In this document: one piece after another, positions 8,854-18,899 of the stretch | Layout: each line of letters opens with the position of its first letter | Position numbering within the stretch: position 1 is the stretch's first letter | DNA from: Deltaproteobacteria bacterium | Lineage (GTDB): Bacteria > Bdellovibrionota_C > UBA2361 > OMII01 | DNA: 64,000 nucleotides | Assembly (NCBI GenBank): GCA_947488865.1 | Contig: CANLCB010000001.1 | Span: forward strand, 6,691 to 70,690 | Direction of reading: 5' to 3' | Position numbers and translations under genes: made by a program | Notes under the pieces: generated by a model | The model's database searches: none | Told to the model about the DNA's origin: nothing | Seen by the model: only the letters and a program-made list of their open reading frames with translations

Positions 8854-10995
8854 TTACCTCTCAATCTTACGAAGGTCGACCATCATCTTCTCGAATTCAT
8901 GGAATCGAAGCGCCTGAGGCCCATCGCTCAGAGCTTTCTCAGGCTCTGGGTGGAACTCAACGATAATTCCATCGGCTCCAACAGCTTTCGCCGCCATTGC
9001 GAGAGGTGGCACTAACTCTCTAACTCCAGCCGCGTGTGATGGGTCGATGAACACCGGAAGGTGAGTCTTCGCTTTCAGCACTGGCACAGCGCTGATATCC
9101 AACGTTCCTCGAGTCGCGGTCTCGAAAGTTCTGATTCCACGCTCACAGAGGAAGACCTGTTGATTGCCTCCAGCGAGGATGTACTCTGTCGCTTGAAGTA
9201 ATTCCTCAATGGGAGCGCTCAGTCCACGCTTCAACATTACGGGGCGACGAGTTTCGCCAATCGCTTTCAACAGGCTGTAGTTTTGCATATTTCGCGCGCC
9301 GATTTGGATGATGTCCGCTTTTTCAGCGACACGCTCCACATCTTCAGTTGTCATCACCTCGGTAATGACCGGCATTCCGAAAGCTTTGCCGGCTTCCACG
9401 AGCATATCGAGCCCCTCGTAGCCGAGTCCTTGGAAACTGTACGGCGATGTTCGAGGCTTGAATACTCCTCCGCGAAGAATCCGAGCTCCGTTATCGCGAG
9501 CCTCTTTGGCGCACGCCATGATCTGCTCACGTGATTCTACCGAGCACGGACCGGCGATGACCAAGAAGTTGCCATCTCCGATAGACACGCCGCCCACATT
9601 GATGATGGTGTTGGAGCTCTTATGCTCACGGCTCGCGAGTTTGTATCCCTTGTCCTTGCCGCTGCTCTTTGGAGCTGGCTTTTCGGTTACTTCGATGTGT
9701 ACTTTCTTTCCGCAGCCCTGCGATTCGTCGCATGATTCGCCGGCGGATTCAGGCACCGCTGTAGGCGTTACATCACACGCTGGGTAACATCCAAGCACCT
9801 TGATGAACCGAGCCAGTTTAGTGATTTCCCCTAGGGCAACTTTGACGGTTTGGTCGTCAAGGTTTCCGTTGAAGTCGATATAGAACATCTCTTCCCACGA
9901 GTTGCCCGGTATAGGACGGCTCTCTAACTTGGTGAGATTAATGCCGGCCTCTTTGAACACAACGAGGGTGTCAACAAGAGCGCCCGCCTTGTTGAGGGTG
10001 TTCATTACTACGGACACCTTGCTCGGAACTCTGCTGTCAACTTTGATCGGTGTCTTAGCAACTACCAGGTAACGGGTGAAGTTCTCCTCGTGGTCAGCGA
10101 TTCCACGTTTGAGAACCTTCAGGCCGAGCATCTCTGCCGCTTCCTCGCTGCCAATCGCCGCGTGGAGTTTGTTGCCGGACTCGTGAAGTTTCTTCATGGC
10201 CATCGCGGAGTCTGGGGCGTATTGAAGCGAGCATGTAGGTATATCGCTTAGGAATTGAGAACATTCTGTCATCCCAATCTGACTACAGTGAATCACCTGA
10301 AGGTGCGAAACAGGCACGTCTTCTAACCCAATGAGGCAGTGCTTAATGTTGAATTTCTCTTCTCCCACGATTGACACGCGAGAGTTAAGAAGTAGGTCGT
10401 AGACGTCATTTATCGCGCCGGAGGTCGTGTTCTCGATGGGAAGTATGGCGCAATCGCAATCGCCATTTTCGACGGCCTCGACAACCCTCTTGTAGGACGG
10501 GAAGCCCACGAATTCAGAAGTTGCCGCCACTTGAGCGGCTGACTTGGAGGCGTTGGTTGAATTTCCGAAAATCGAGCGACCAACAAGGTGGCTATAGGAG
10601 CCATCGATTCCTTGAAACGCCACCCGAGTAGGGCGAGTGGAGGGTTTTACGCCGTTAAGTTCGGCCTGCAGCACATCTTGTTGCGCCCGATTGGAGTCGG
10701 CTAGGATTTCATGAAACAGAGAGGTGATCAGTTGAGGGTTTAGTCCCAGCGTTCGCCCGTCCGCGATGCGCGCGCGGAGAAGGTTCGCCTCGCGCTTTTC
10801 GTCTCGTAGAGGGGATTGCTCTAGACTTTTAATCCGGATGACTTGCTCGGCTAATCCTCGCCGCTGAGCGAGAAGTTGAAGAAGTTGTTTGTCGACGTTG
10901 TCGATATTCGCTCGAACCTCGGACAGATTGCTTGTCGTATCGTTTATTACTTCTTGAGCCATATTCTCTCCCTCGATCGTATGCAGATCATCCAT
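8854..10995 (-). CDS. trifunctional fusion: chorismate mutase (AroQ) – prephenate dehydratase (PDT+ACT) – DAHP synthase (KDO8PS-like type I-beta)
   Basis: 713 aa; N-terminal CM helix '[29 protein letters not shown]', PDT/ACT 'TRYLVVAK...ESRP', C-terminal DAHP/KDO8P synthase domain '[10 protein letters not shown]...KRG'. Confidence 0.85.
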   Translation of the reverse strand: MDDLHTIEGENMAQEVINDTTSNLSEVRANIDNVDKQLLQLLAQRRGLAEQVIRIKSLEQSPLRDEKREANLLRARIADGRTLGLNPQLITSLFHEILADSNRAQQDVLQAELNGVKPSTRPTRVAFQGIDGSYSHLVGRSIFGNSTNASKSAAQVAATSEFVGFPSYKRVVEAVENGDCDCAILPIENTTSGAINDVYDLLLNSRVSIVGEEKFNIKHCLIGLEDVPVSHLQVIHCSQIGMTECSQFLSDIPTCSLQYAPDSAMAMKKLHESGNKLHAAIGSEEAAEMLGLKVLKRGIADHEENFTRYLVVAKTPIKVDSRVPSKVSVVMNTLNKAGALVDTLVVFKEAGINLTKLESRPIPGNSWEEMFYIDFNGNLDDQTVKVALGEITKLARFIKVLGCYPACDVTPTAVPESAGESCDESQGCGKKVHIEVTEKPAPKSSGKDKGYKLASREHKSSNTIINVGGVSIGDGNFLVIAGPCSVESREQIMACAKEARDNGARILRGGVFKPRTSPYSFQGLGYEGLDMLVEAGKAFGMPVITEVMTTEDVERVAEKADIIQIGARNMQNYSLLKAIGETRRPVMLKRGLSAPIEELLQATEYILAGGNQQVFLCERGIRTFETATRGTLDISAVPVLKAKTHLPVFIDPSHAAGVRELVPPLAMAAKAVGADGIIVEFHPEPEKALSDGPQALRFHEFEKMMVDLRKIER

Positions 10996-11010
10996 AATGC
11001 CACTTCGCCT

Positions 11011-11250
11011 CTATTCGCCACTTGGGATAGAGGTATTTACTTTTTTTCGTAGTGTGACCTGTAAAGCTCCTGAGTGAGCCACGGGGCCAAAAAAAAAGGC
11101 CCCGCGGTTACGCAGAGCCTCTTTAAGCCAGCACGGCTGAGTACTCTGCCCTAGGGCTTGCTCGCAAAAAAAGTAAAATAAAAAGCGTAGCTGAGTACTT
11201 TCATTCCGTAAGGCTACGCTCTCTTCCTGGGCAAAGCAAGTGCAATTCAT
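11011..11250 (-). promoter_or_regulatory. 79-codon uORF in the leader of the aromatic amino-acid operon with Phe-codon clusters (FLFYFF, AFFFGP); stop 15 nt before the operon ATG; candidate leader peptide / attenuator region
   Basis: ORF MNCTCFAQEESVALRNESTQLRFLFYFFCEQ...GAFFFGP...; Phe clusters coincide with the U-tracts of two hairpins. Confidence 0.3.
11164..11220 (-). terminator. terminator-like hairpin inside the operon leader (stem AGCGTAGC/GCTACGCT followed by TTTTTATTTTACTTTTTTT); a second palindromic hairpin lies at 11079-11107 (CCGCGGGGCC-T9-GGCCCCGTGG)
   Basis: read directly on minus strand; no minus-strand gene lies upstream, so a terminator here would act on the leader transcript. 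Confidence 0.4.
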
Positions 11251-11580
11251 TAAACATCATGGACTTTCTGAATGCTCGCCGAGAACGCGGCGCATGGTCA
11301 CAGTAGCCTATTTCAAGCACCTAGACCGCCCCTCTCCGCACGGTTGTATTAAGAGGGCTGGGGGTGATGCCAGGCAAAAGCTCTTAGCTGACGTGGAGGA
11401 TGGCGTGGTGAGCCGGGTCATACGACGACGAGCGGAAGTAGGGGATGAAGATGAGGCGAGATCGTACTCATCCGAGCGAACCGTACACACATTCGATGAG
11501 AGACACTCGCGGCGTCGTGAACATGAGGTTCTTGGGCGTCTTCCAATAGAGGCTTCGACTAGGAAGGAGAGGTACATACG

Positions 11581-12732
11581 ATGAAACTAAGGGGAACCGC
11601 GGTGACACTGTCGGTCTGCGCAACGATGATAAGTGGAACGGCCTTCGCAGATCGGAAGGCTCACGAGTTTTACTTTCAAGAAAATCAGCAACGATTCATC
11701 TTGCCAGCGTTTGACGCCCGAATGATGGGAATGGGGGGGAGTACCATGCTCACCACCAGAAATTCGCTTGCCACTTCGACGAACCCAGGAGGACTGGGGT
11801 TGATGAAGTACGGAGATATGTCCGCGACATATTCTTACAATGAGATTACGGGAAATCAGTATCCGAGTGGGCAAAAAGTAAAGGACAAGCAGAGCATCGG
11901 ACAGGTGTTCGGAGCCACTCCGATTAATCCGACCCTCGATGATCTTCCTCAGTCAGGAAACCTTGGTCTTGGTTGGATGGGACGAGATGGTAGCTGGACA
12001 TACGATCCTGACAATACCGACGCGAGTACTTATCAGATTGTAGGCGGTTACGGAAAGTCTATTGGACATCGGACAGCGCTTGGGTATGGCTTGACCTATC
12101 AACACGATAATGTTGATTCAGACACGCACAGCTACGATTCCTCTGAAAGTTTCTTGCACACTGTTGGCCTCCAGCACTTGTATGATGATGAGTTGACCTT
12201 TGGAGGTACCGTTTTCGTTGGTCACGGGAAACACAAACTCGAGCATCTCGCTGACGTTCGCCAAAATCAGGATGTGTCTCAACTTTCTGCGGGCGCTGGT
12301 GTCGGTATGGAGTACACTGTCGGTACGACAGCGGCAGCGGTCGGCGCTGACTACACCTTTGCTCGTAACAACGGAACCGATGATCCGGCCGCGAATGATC
12401 TAAATTCTGTGTGGGGCGGTGACTCTATCGGAAGGTGGATGAATTTGCGCGCGGGAATTGAAGAGCAGGTGTTTGATTGGCTCGCGGTTCGCTTAGGCTA
12501 CCGTTACGCGGCCAATTTCAACTGGGATTACAGTCGCGCGGACCTCGCTGACCTTACCGGTAGCGCGAAGTACAGCGCGTACGGTGGAGGAGCGGGAGTG
12601 CATTACGTCTTTGATAAAGACGATTTCATTCGCGCCCTCTATCTTGATTACGCGGTCGAGTATCGAGACGTAGGGCGAGGAGATTGGCAGCATATGCTGT
12701 CTCTGTCCGCGCCGTTTGATCTTTGCGTGTAA
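11581..12732 (+). CDS. outer-membrane beta-barrel (porin-like) protein, family unclear
   Basis: 383 aa; signal peptide 'MKLRGTAVTLSVCATMISGTAFA'; alternating amphipathic Y/G/T-rich beta strands. Confidence 0.55.
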   Translation: MKLRGTAVTLSVCATMISGTAFADRKAHEFYFQENQQRFILPAFDARMMGMGGSTMLTTRNSLATSTNPGGLGLMKYGDMSATYSYNEITGNQYPSGQKVKDKQSIGQVFGATPINPTLDDLPQSGNLGLGWMGRDGSWTYDPDNTDASTYQIVGGYGKSIGHRTALGYGLTYQHDNVDSDTHSYDSSESFLHTVGLQHLYDDELTFGGTVFVGHGKHKLEHLADVRQNQDVSQLSAGAGVGMEYTVGTTAAAVGADYTFARNNGTDDPAANDLNSVWGGDSIGRWMNLRAGIEEQVFDWLAVRLGYRYAANFNWDYSRADLADLTGSAKYSAYGGGAGVHYVFDKDDFIRALYLDYAVEYRDVGRGDWQHMLSLSAPFDLCV

Positions 12733-12763
12733 GCGAGACAGTCCAGCGATGACATTTCATCGC

Positions 12764-12798
12764 GATTATGAAAGGTGGGCGCGAGAGATCGCGCCCAC
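12764..12798. terminator. bidirectional intrinsic terminator between convergent genes
   Basis: stem GTGGGCGCGA/TCGCGCCCAC then TTTTTTGTTT on plus strand; A/T-rich on the other side. Confidence 0.75.
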
Positions 12799-12806
12799 TT
12801 TTTTGT

Positions 12807-13760
12807 TTAAAAAGCCGGTGCAGGGGACGGTACGCTCTGATGAACGAGTGCCTCGTTAGTTGGAAACTGAGAATTCGCTCGTTCATAGATCGCTTGCATA
12901 TACGCTCGAGCTGTTTCTTGGTTCACTCTTCCGCTTTGAGCCAGGTACGCTACAGCCTGGGCTAGCTTCTCGTTGGAGATTCCGAAGCGTGCCATGAAAC
13001 TGTCAACGTTCCGCTTCACATCTTGCAGACTCGTCGCTCCAGATATCGCGGCGTTCGCGAAGTATCCCACAAAGTCAGTTTTGATCTTTTCGTTGCCCTG
13101 GCTGAGGAGCTCAATAATAGGGTTCATCCAGGCCACCGCGTACTGAGCGAGGGGGTTGTTGAAGTCGACCTCAAAAGCTCTACGTCCTCCAAGCTCATCG
13201 CGGGGACCTCCATCCTTGCCCATGTCGTACCGCGAGCCATTCGCTAAGGGCAGGGTGAAATCCTCGTTGAGCACCCGAGCGCTTACAAGCATGTCTCGTA
13301 CCCGGTCTCTGACCTTTTGGTCTTTGTGTTTGCCACTCGAAATCGCGCCGATCAAACCACCCGCGATGGCTCCGATTCCAGCTCCAATCGCTGTTCCTAA
13401 CCCTGGGCAGAATAGGGTGCCTATGGACGCTCCGAGTGCCATGCCGGACGACGCTCCCGCTGTCGGTGAAGAGTGTCCCCAGTTAACCGCCAGTTCAAGT
13501 CCCCCGTATATTCCGGTGAGAATATTGGCGAAGGACGCGGCTGTGCCCAGCGCTGTCGCGGCTCCAGCAGCGGATGTCGTGGTGGCCGCCGCCGTGGCCG
13601 TTGCTGGCTGACGGAACCCCTGAAGCCCGGCCAAAAGACCGGCGGGGAGGGCGTTTGATATGAAATCGTTGGTTTTTTCTTGACGGGTTGCGGTCTCGGG
13701 GAATGTCCCATATGCCGTTGACGGGTTGTATGAAGTTCCTCGAACTTGTTCGAATGACAT
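12807..13760 (-). CDS. hypothetical protein with Ala/Thr-rich N-region and glycine-zipper segment (GIGAIAGGLIGAISSG)
   Basis: 317 aa; no signal peptide; G-x3-G repeats form a predicted membrane-inserting glycine zipper; C-terminal ~170 aa globular. Confidence 0.5.
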   Translation of the reverse strand: MSFEQVRGTSYNPSTAYGTFPETATRQEKTNDFISNALPAGLLAGLQGFRQPATATAAATTTSAAGAATALGTAASFANILTGIYGGLELAVNWGHSSPTAGASSGMALGASIGTLFCPGLGTAIGAGIGAIAGGLIGAISSGKHKDQKVRDRVRDMLVSARVLNEDFTLPLANGSRYDMGKDGGPRDELGGRRAFEVDFNNPLAQYAVAWMNPIIELLSQGNEKIKTDFVGYFANAAISGATSLQDVKRNVDSFMARFGISNEKLAQAVAYLAQSGRVNQETARAYMQAIYERANSQFPTNEALVHQSVPSPAPAF

Positions 13761-13891
13761 AGATTTTATCTCCTCACGATGTAGGTTTTTAGGGGCCTAT
13801 CTCCTAGGGGGGTATTCGAACGAATGGGTTGGTTGTTGTGTAGGGACTGGGTTTCCTTATTATGGGGTGTTCTGTGAGGCCCCTTTTAAAG

Positions 13892-14467
13892 ATGTATGAG
13901 GTAACTGTGCGTTCGTTTTTACAGTTCGTTGCTATCAGTTTGTCGATTTTAGGCGCTGTCGCCGCGCAAGGCTGCACCAGTGACAATAATGATGATTCTG
14001 GAAATACCACCGAGGTTCGCGAGATAGACCCCGCCAGCGTTATCATTCCTTATGGGCAGGCCGTTGTGGTGCGATTTAACTTCGCGTTCGACGAAGAGGA
14101 TATTTTTCAAAGCACTCAGCAGGTGCAGGTGGTTGTTCAACTCCCTCGCGGTTTGACGTTTCAGACTGGGTCTGGAGAGATCTCCGGATACACTTCAACG
14201 GAAGGTCAGGGAGTAACTCCGGACTACGTTCGATGCAACGATGGTATTGTGTACCTTGTATTCAATCTTAATTCGGGCGACTTAGATAATGCCGCTCCAC
14301 CGTCAAGTGATACTGACGCGCAGTTGCAAACGACGATTGAAGGTTGGGCTCTGGGCAATGACTTCGTCATTGAGGCGCGGGCTGTAGAGGGCGATTATAT
14401 TTGGAGCTGTGACTCTGATTTCAATCCAGATCAGCAGCAGGTTATGAGCGTTGAGCTCCTACCGTAA
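13892..14467 (+). CDS. hypothetical lipoprotein
   Basis: start at MYEV...; signal + lipobox 'ILGAVAAQGC'; acidic mature protein. Confidence 0.55.
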   Translation: MYEVTVRSFLQFVAISLSILGAVAAQGCTSDNNDDSGNTTEVREIDPASVIIPYGQAVVVRFNFAFDEEDIFQSTQQVQVVVQLPRGLTFQTGSGEISGYTSTEGQGVTPDYVRCNDGIVYLVFNLNSGDLDNAAPPSSDTDAQLQTTIEGWALGNDFVIEARAVEGDYIWSCDSDFNPDQQQVMSVELLP

Positions 14468-14474
14468 GGAGACT

Positions 14475-15167
14475 ATGACCACTTCGACCCTTATCGTGAC
14501 CGCGACAGCGCTTGAGATCGCGCCATGTATCGTTCGCGAGACGGGGGACGTAGTCGAGGGATTTGGGCGGGCTGGGACGCTCCTCTCTGGTCCCCGTTGC
14601 GATATTCTCTTAAGTGGAGTCGGACAGCTTCAATGCGCGTTTCATGTCGGTCGAATTCTTTCAACTGGTCGATACGGGCGAGTGCTTCAGGCGGGCATTG
14701 GAGGGAGCTTTGTTGACTCCCTCCCGCTCGGTTCGGTCGCTGTTGTGGGCGAGGAGGTGCTCGGAGATCTTGGCGCGGAGGACCGAGGCTCCTTTCTAGA
14801 TCTCTTTGATATGGGGCTTCTCTCGAAAGGCGAGTTCCCGTTTGCTGATAAAGGCTTGTTGGCGCCAGTCCTGGACTTAAAGGCGTTGCAGGAGCTTCCT
14901 CGGGTTCGCTCTCTTACGGTAAATCGAGTCCTCAGCGAGGCGCATTCAATAGCGTGGGCCGAAAAGAAGTATTCACCTCAAGTGGTAAATATGGAGGGCG
15001 CGGCGCTGTTTTACGCCTGTTTGCAGCAAGGGGTTCCATTCCTTTCCCTTCGGTCGATTTCGGACCGAGTAGGGCCGCGCGATAAGAGTTCTTGGGATAT
15101 TCAAGGCGCTGTATCATCGCTGGATCGTGTGCTGCGGCTTGTTCTGCCTGAATTTCTTGATAGGTAG
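14475..15167 (+). CDS. MTA/SAH-nucleosidase family protein, likely futalosine hydrolase (MqnB-like)
   Basis: ~230 aa PNP_UDP_1-type fold; 'LIVTATALEIAP' N-terminus, 'NMEGAA' motif. Confidence 0.55.
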   Translation: MTTSTLIVTATALEIAPCIVRETGDVVEGFGRAGTLLSGPRCDILLSGVGQLQCAFHVGRILSTGRYGRVLQAGIGGSFVDSLPLGSVAVVGEEVLGDLGAEDRGSFLDLFDMGLLSKGEFPFADKGLLAPVLDLKALQELPRVRSLTVNRVLSEAHSIAWAEKKYSPQVVNMEGAALFYACLQQGVPFLSLRSISDRVGPRDKSSWDIQGAVSSLDRVLRLVLPEFLDR

Positions 15168-15281
15168 CTGGATTTTGCTTGGATCTTCCGAGGCAAAATC
15201 GGTGATATAATCTTTTGACCTTCGTGCTGAGTAATGAAAGAATGCCACCGGTAGTTGCGCCATACGACGTAGGAGAAGCTC

Positions 15282-15911
15282 ATGTCTGACGAAAGAGACG
15301 AAGACCAGATCGAACATTCCCCGATTGATGATCCAAAGGAGGAAAGTGGTCCTTCTCTCTTGGAGGATATCGATCCACCGCGCTCAGCAGTTCCAGTAGA
15401 CTCTGACGATGAAGAGGAGACCTGGACCAACAAGCCGGCCGGCGGAGCTTCTGTAGGTGAGGGGGCCGAGGATGAACCTCTCGATGATGAGGACGACGAC
15501 GGGCCGGAGTCCCAACCCGTAACTCGTAAGGTCATTCAAAATGGGCGTGACGTATTGTGCGAGGAGCTTCCAAGTCGCGCAAGCAGAGCGAAGTTGCGCT
15601 TGAAGCCCCATCTGACCTGCGCCCTTGTCGTAGAGCTGGTAAGCTCAGGGGAGAAGTTTCTTTTCGATTGGAAGGGGGAGGAGCCGAAGGTTACTCCTGT
15701 ATCGGGATCTATCGCTGTATCGACGGCGGAGTCGACTGACGCGTCCGCTGTGGATTCGATCATTTCCTTGACAGAGCAAAATCTCATGGCTGTTCGTTCG
15801 GGGGATTTAAATCCTCAGGTCGCCATGCTGGCGGACAAGATTAAGGTGAAGGGAAAGATTGGTCCGGCGGTTTACCTCTTTAATTTGATAGCTCCTAGAG
15901 CTCAGCAGTAA
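15282..15911 (+). CDS. SCP-2 sterol-transfer-domain protein with acidic N-terminal region
   Basis: C-terminal 'MLADKIKVKGKIGPAVYLFNLI' SCP2 signature. Confidence 0.6.
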   Translation: MSDERDEDQIEHSPIDDPKEESGPSLLEDIDPPRSAVPVDSDDEEETWTNKPAGGASVGEGAEDEPLDDEDDDGPESQPVTRKVIQNGRDVLCEELPSRASRAKLRLKPHLTCALVVELVSSGEKFLFDWKGEEPKVTPVSGSIAVSTAESTDASAVDSIISLTEQNLMAVRSGDLNPQVAMLADKIKVKGKIGPAVYLFNLIAPRAQQ

Positions 15912-16072
15912 GCCGGAGAGTGGGTTACACCCGTAAGAGGGCTCGATTCGACGATTCCAGTCGTTGAATCGGGCCCTTATCCATAGTATTCATTTCACGG
16001 GTCGGGTGACGGTCAGGAGAGGCTCTTCTGAGTGGATATATCCCGTCTAACCGCAGTCGATAGAGCATATAC

Positions 16073-17332
16073 ATGTCCCCCACCGATTCTTCTCTTGATG
16101 CCATGGAAACTACCGATACTGTAGGGGCTCGGGAGGCTCTCGATTCCGTTTTCGGGCGTGACCACCTCCAGCCGTTGAAAGAGATTCAACGGGAGATGTT
16201 AATGGCGGGGCGAGGGGTCTTCGATCTTTCGATGGTTAACCCGGACCTTGCGCCGCCCAGACCTGTGCTAGACAGGCTTCTCGAATCAGTCACAAAGACA
16301 CAAAATCATCGGTACGCTGTATCGCGAGGAGTTCGTCGTCTTCGGGAGGCTTTTGCCGCCAAGTACTCCAATCGGTTCGGCGTCAATGTAAATCCAGAAA
16401 CCGAGGTATGCGTGTGTCTTGGAAGCAAGGACGCCACCTATCACGCTCTCAAGAGCCTCATCAAGCATGGGGATCGAGTTGTTGTGAGCGCGCCTTCGTA
16501 TCCGGCGCACGTCTCAGGTGTCGCTTTGGCGGGTGGTTCTCCAGTTTTTTGGCACTACTCAACCGACGCTGAAAAAGCGGCTGTTTCGCTAGACGCGTTA
16601 CTCAATAAGACCGGCGCAAAAGTTCTTCTTCTTAATTTCCCCTCAAACCCAGCGGGAGTAGTGGTGTCCACCGAGTGGTGGGACGCGATAGCGCGCATAT
16701 GCAAAAAGTACGAAGCGTCCATTATCAATGATTTCGTCTATGGGGAGATGTGCTTCTCGGGTCATGTCGCGGTAAGCGCGCTACGAGCGCGCGAGCAAGG
16801 TGTGCGTTGTGTCGAGGTGTATTCCCTGTCGAAGGCTTACAATGTTCCCGGCTGGCGGGTAGGCGCTCTTCTTGGAAGTGAGGAGATCGTTCAGGGGGTA
16901 GCTCGCTTTAAGTCTCACTCCGATTACGGTTTGTTTCTTCCCCTCCAGTACGCCGCGGCGGTCGCTCTCACATCACCGACCGATCTGGTGAAGTCGACAG
17001 TTACGGCGTATGAGCGTCGGCTGCGAGTCCTAAACAGTGGGCTCACGCAACTAGGGTGGAAGGTTGAGGAGCCGCGTGCGGGAGCTTGTATTTGGGCCGC
17101 GTATCCTCAATCTTTACTGCCCGGCACGTCTGTTGGCAGTAAGTCAGTCGCTGTGGCCGCTGAGCTTCTCGAGCGGACGGGAGTGCTTGTAACGCCGGGA
17201 ATAGTATTTGGCCAAGAGTATGATTCTCATGTTCGGTTCTCAGCTGTAGTTACCGAGGAGCGTATGAGAGAGGTTGTGGACGCGCTCAAGCGGGGAGTAG
17301 CGCTTCCCTCTAGAGTCGTTAGCGCGGGTTAA
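16073..17332 (+). CDS. PLP-dependent aminotransferase, class I/II
   Basis: 419 aa; 'YSLSKAYNVPGWRVG' PLP-Lys region. Confidence 0.8.
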   Translation: MSPTDSSLDAMETTDTVGAREALDSVFGRDHLQPLKEIQREMLMAGRGVFDLSMVNPDLAPPRPVLDRLLESVTKTQNHRYAVSRGVRRLREAFAAKYSNRFGVNVNPETEVCVCLGSKDATYHALKSLIKHGDRVVVSAPSYPAHVSGVALAGGSPVFWHYSTDAEKAAVSLDALLNKTGAKVLLLNFPSNPAGVVVSTEWWDAIARICKKYEASIINDFVYGEMCFSGHVAVSALRAREQGVRCVEVYSLSKAYNVPGWRVGALLGSEEIVQGVARFKSHSDYGLFLPLQYAAAVALTSPTDLVKSTVTAYERRLRVLNSGLTQLGWKVEEPRAGACIWAAYPQSLLPGTSVGSKSVAVAAELLERTGVLVTPGIVFGQEYDSHVRFSAVVTEERMREVVDALKRGVALPSRVVSAG

Positions 17333-17356
17333 GCGCATTTACAGGGGAAACGTCGC

Positions 17357-18526
17357 ATGTTCTACACCAGCCGATTTAAGAGAACTCTCGCGCGGTACGG
17401 GGTAGGGGCGTTGGCGATCTGCGTATCACTCTCTCCGGACGTTGGGTTCTCCGAGCAGCCGTGCCTCAAATCAGCTGAGTTAGTGAAAAAGGGAGTTGAG
17501 ATTGGCGACGGTTCCGCGGGTGAGGTAGCCCTCTACAATGAGGCGATTCAGCTTTGCCCCAAGATGGTAGAGGCTTATTTTAACCTCGGATTGGCGCTCC
17601 AGAAAAAAGGTGACTATCCGGCGGCGGAGGCCAAGTTCCGAGACGCTATCCGTATTAAGGATGACGAAACCTTCCGAATAGGACTTGCGGGCGTTCTGAT
17701 GCAGAAGGGGGAGATCTCCTCCGCTCGTGAGCAGTACGATAGAGTCTTAGAGCAGAATCCTAAAAGCGTCGCGGCACTTCAAGGAATGGCGGTCATTCTT
17801 GAGAAGCAGCAAAAAATGTCGGAAGCGATCGCGATGCTTCAAAAAGCGGGCGCGATTGATGATTCAAATCATCTGACGTTCTTCAATCTCGGCGTTTTGA
17901 ATGAAAAGCTAAAGTTTTACGACGCGGCAGCCACCGCCTATCAAAAGGCCGTTGAGATTAACCCGAAGCATTTTGAGTCTCGATACCTCCTTGGTATGGT
18001 TCAATCTCGCCTGGGCAAGCTTGAGGATGCTCGTAGGTCTCTCCAAGCGGCGGCAGAGCTCCGGCCAGATGATGTACGTGCGCATCTTGGTTTGGGAGAG
18101 GTGTACGAGAAGTTGGGGGAGTACGGTCTAGCGGAATCGTCTCTGCGCAGGGTGGCTCAAATCTCTCCCCAGAATTTTTACGCGCAGATAAATCTTGGGT
18201 TGCTTCTTATTGAAAACAAGCAGTATCAGGAGGCCATTACCACTCTCAATAAGGCCGCTGCGATTGATGGTAAAAATCCTCGAGTTTGGAGCGCTCTTGG
18301 GCGAGCTCAACTAGAGCTTGGGGAGATGGATGCCGCGGAACAGAACCTGCGCCGAGCGATAACTCTCGACGGTAGCAACCCGTATGCCCATAACAACCTT
18401 GGGGTCTTGCTGCAGCGGCTCGGAAAGAAGGATGAGGCTCGGATTGAATTCAAAACCGCCCTGGCGCTCAATCCTGAGCTGGAGATTGCCCGTAAGAACC
18501 TCGATGTCGTTGGGAACGAAGAATAG
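17357..18526 (+). CDS. secreted TPR-repeat protein
   Basis: signal peptide; ~9 tandem 34-aa TPR units (AYxNLGxxxxxxGxxxEA pattern). Confidence 0.8.
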   Translation: MFYTSRFKRTLARYGVGALAICVSLSPDVGFSEQPCLKSAELVKKGVEIGDGSAGEVALYNEAIQLCPKMVEAYFNLGLALQKKGDYPAAEAKFRDAIRIKDDETFRIGLAGVLMQKGEISSAREQYDRVLEQNPKSVAALQGMAVILEKQQKMSEAIAMLQKAGAIDDSNHLTFFNLGVLNEKLKFYDAAATAYQKAVEINPKHFESRYLLGMVQSRLGKLEDARRSLQAAAELRPDDVRAHLGLGEVYEKLGEYGLAESSLRRVAQISPQNFYAQINLGLLLIENKQYQEAITTLNKAAAIDGKNPRVWSALGRAQLELGEMDAAEQNLRRAITLDGSNPYAHNNLGVLLQRLGKKDEARIEFKTALALNPELEIARKNLDVVGNEE

Positions 18527-18899
18527 GGCGAACGGGAGCCCCTTGGGGCTATAACCTATAGCTGGATACTCTCTTCGCGCCGTTAGATTACGCCGTTACA
18601 TAAAAAAGAATCAGAAAAGTCATCGGAGCCTAATCAGCTCTTTGCCTAGTATTTCTATGTAGTTGGGTGATTTAAGGTTCTTGTAGTAGGAACTTCGTTT
18701 GGCACTATTCCCATGGTCTGAAATTTTCCCGACTCCCATACTGCTCCTTACGGCAGATTTCTGGAAAAAGTAAGCTGTCGGGATGATAAAGCTCAGGTCG
18801 CCACGCGCAGTAAAGGTTTATGTGGCTAAAGACCGAGGTAATGTGGTCAACTTAACGGTTAAACCACAACTCTTCCGGCTTTTCATCGTCTAGTCGTAG

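Noticed and set aside
15101-15535. 144-aa Ser-rich minus ORF
   Set aside because: Antisense to the acidic N-terminus of the SCP2-domain gene (Glu/Asp codons read as Ser/Leu).
15912-16072. tmRNA-like 'gattcgacg' string
   Set aside because: No tRNA-like acceptor/T-arm termini or tag-peptide reading frame around it; likely a simple hairpin terminator after the SCP2 gene.
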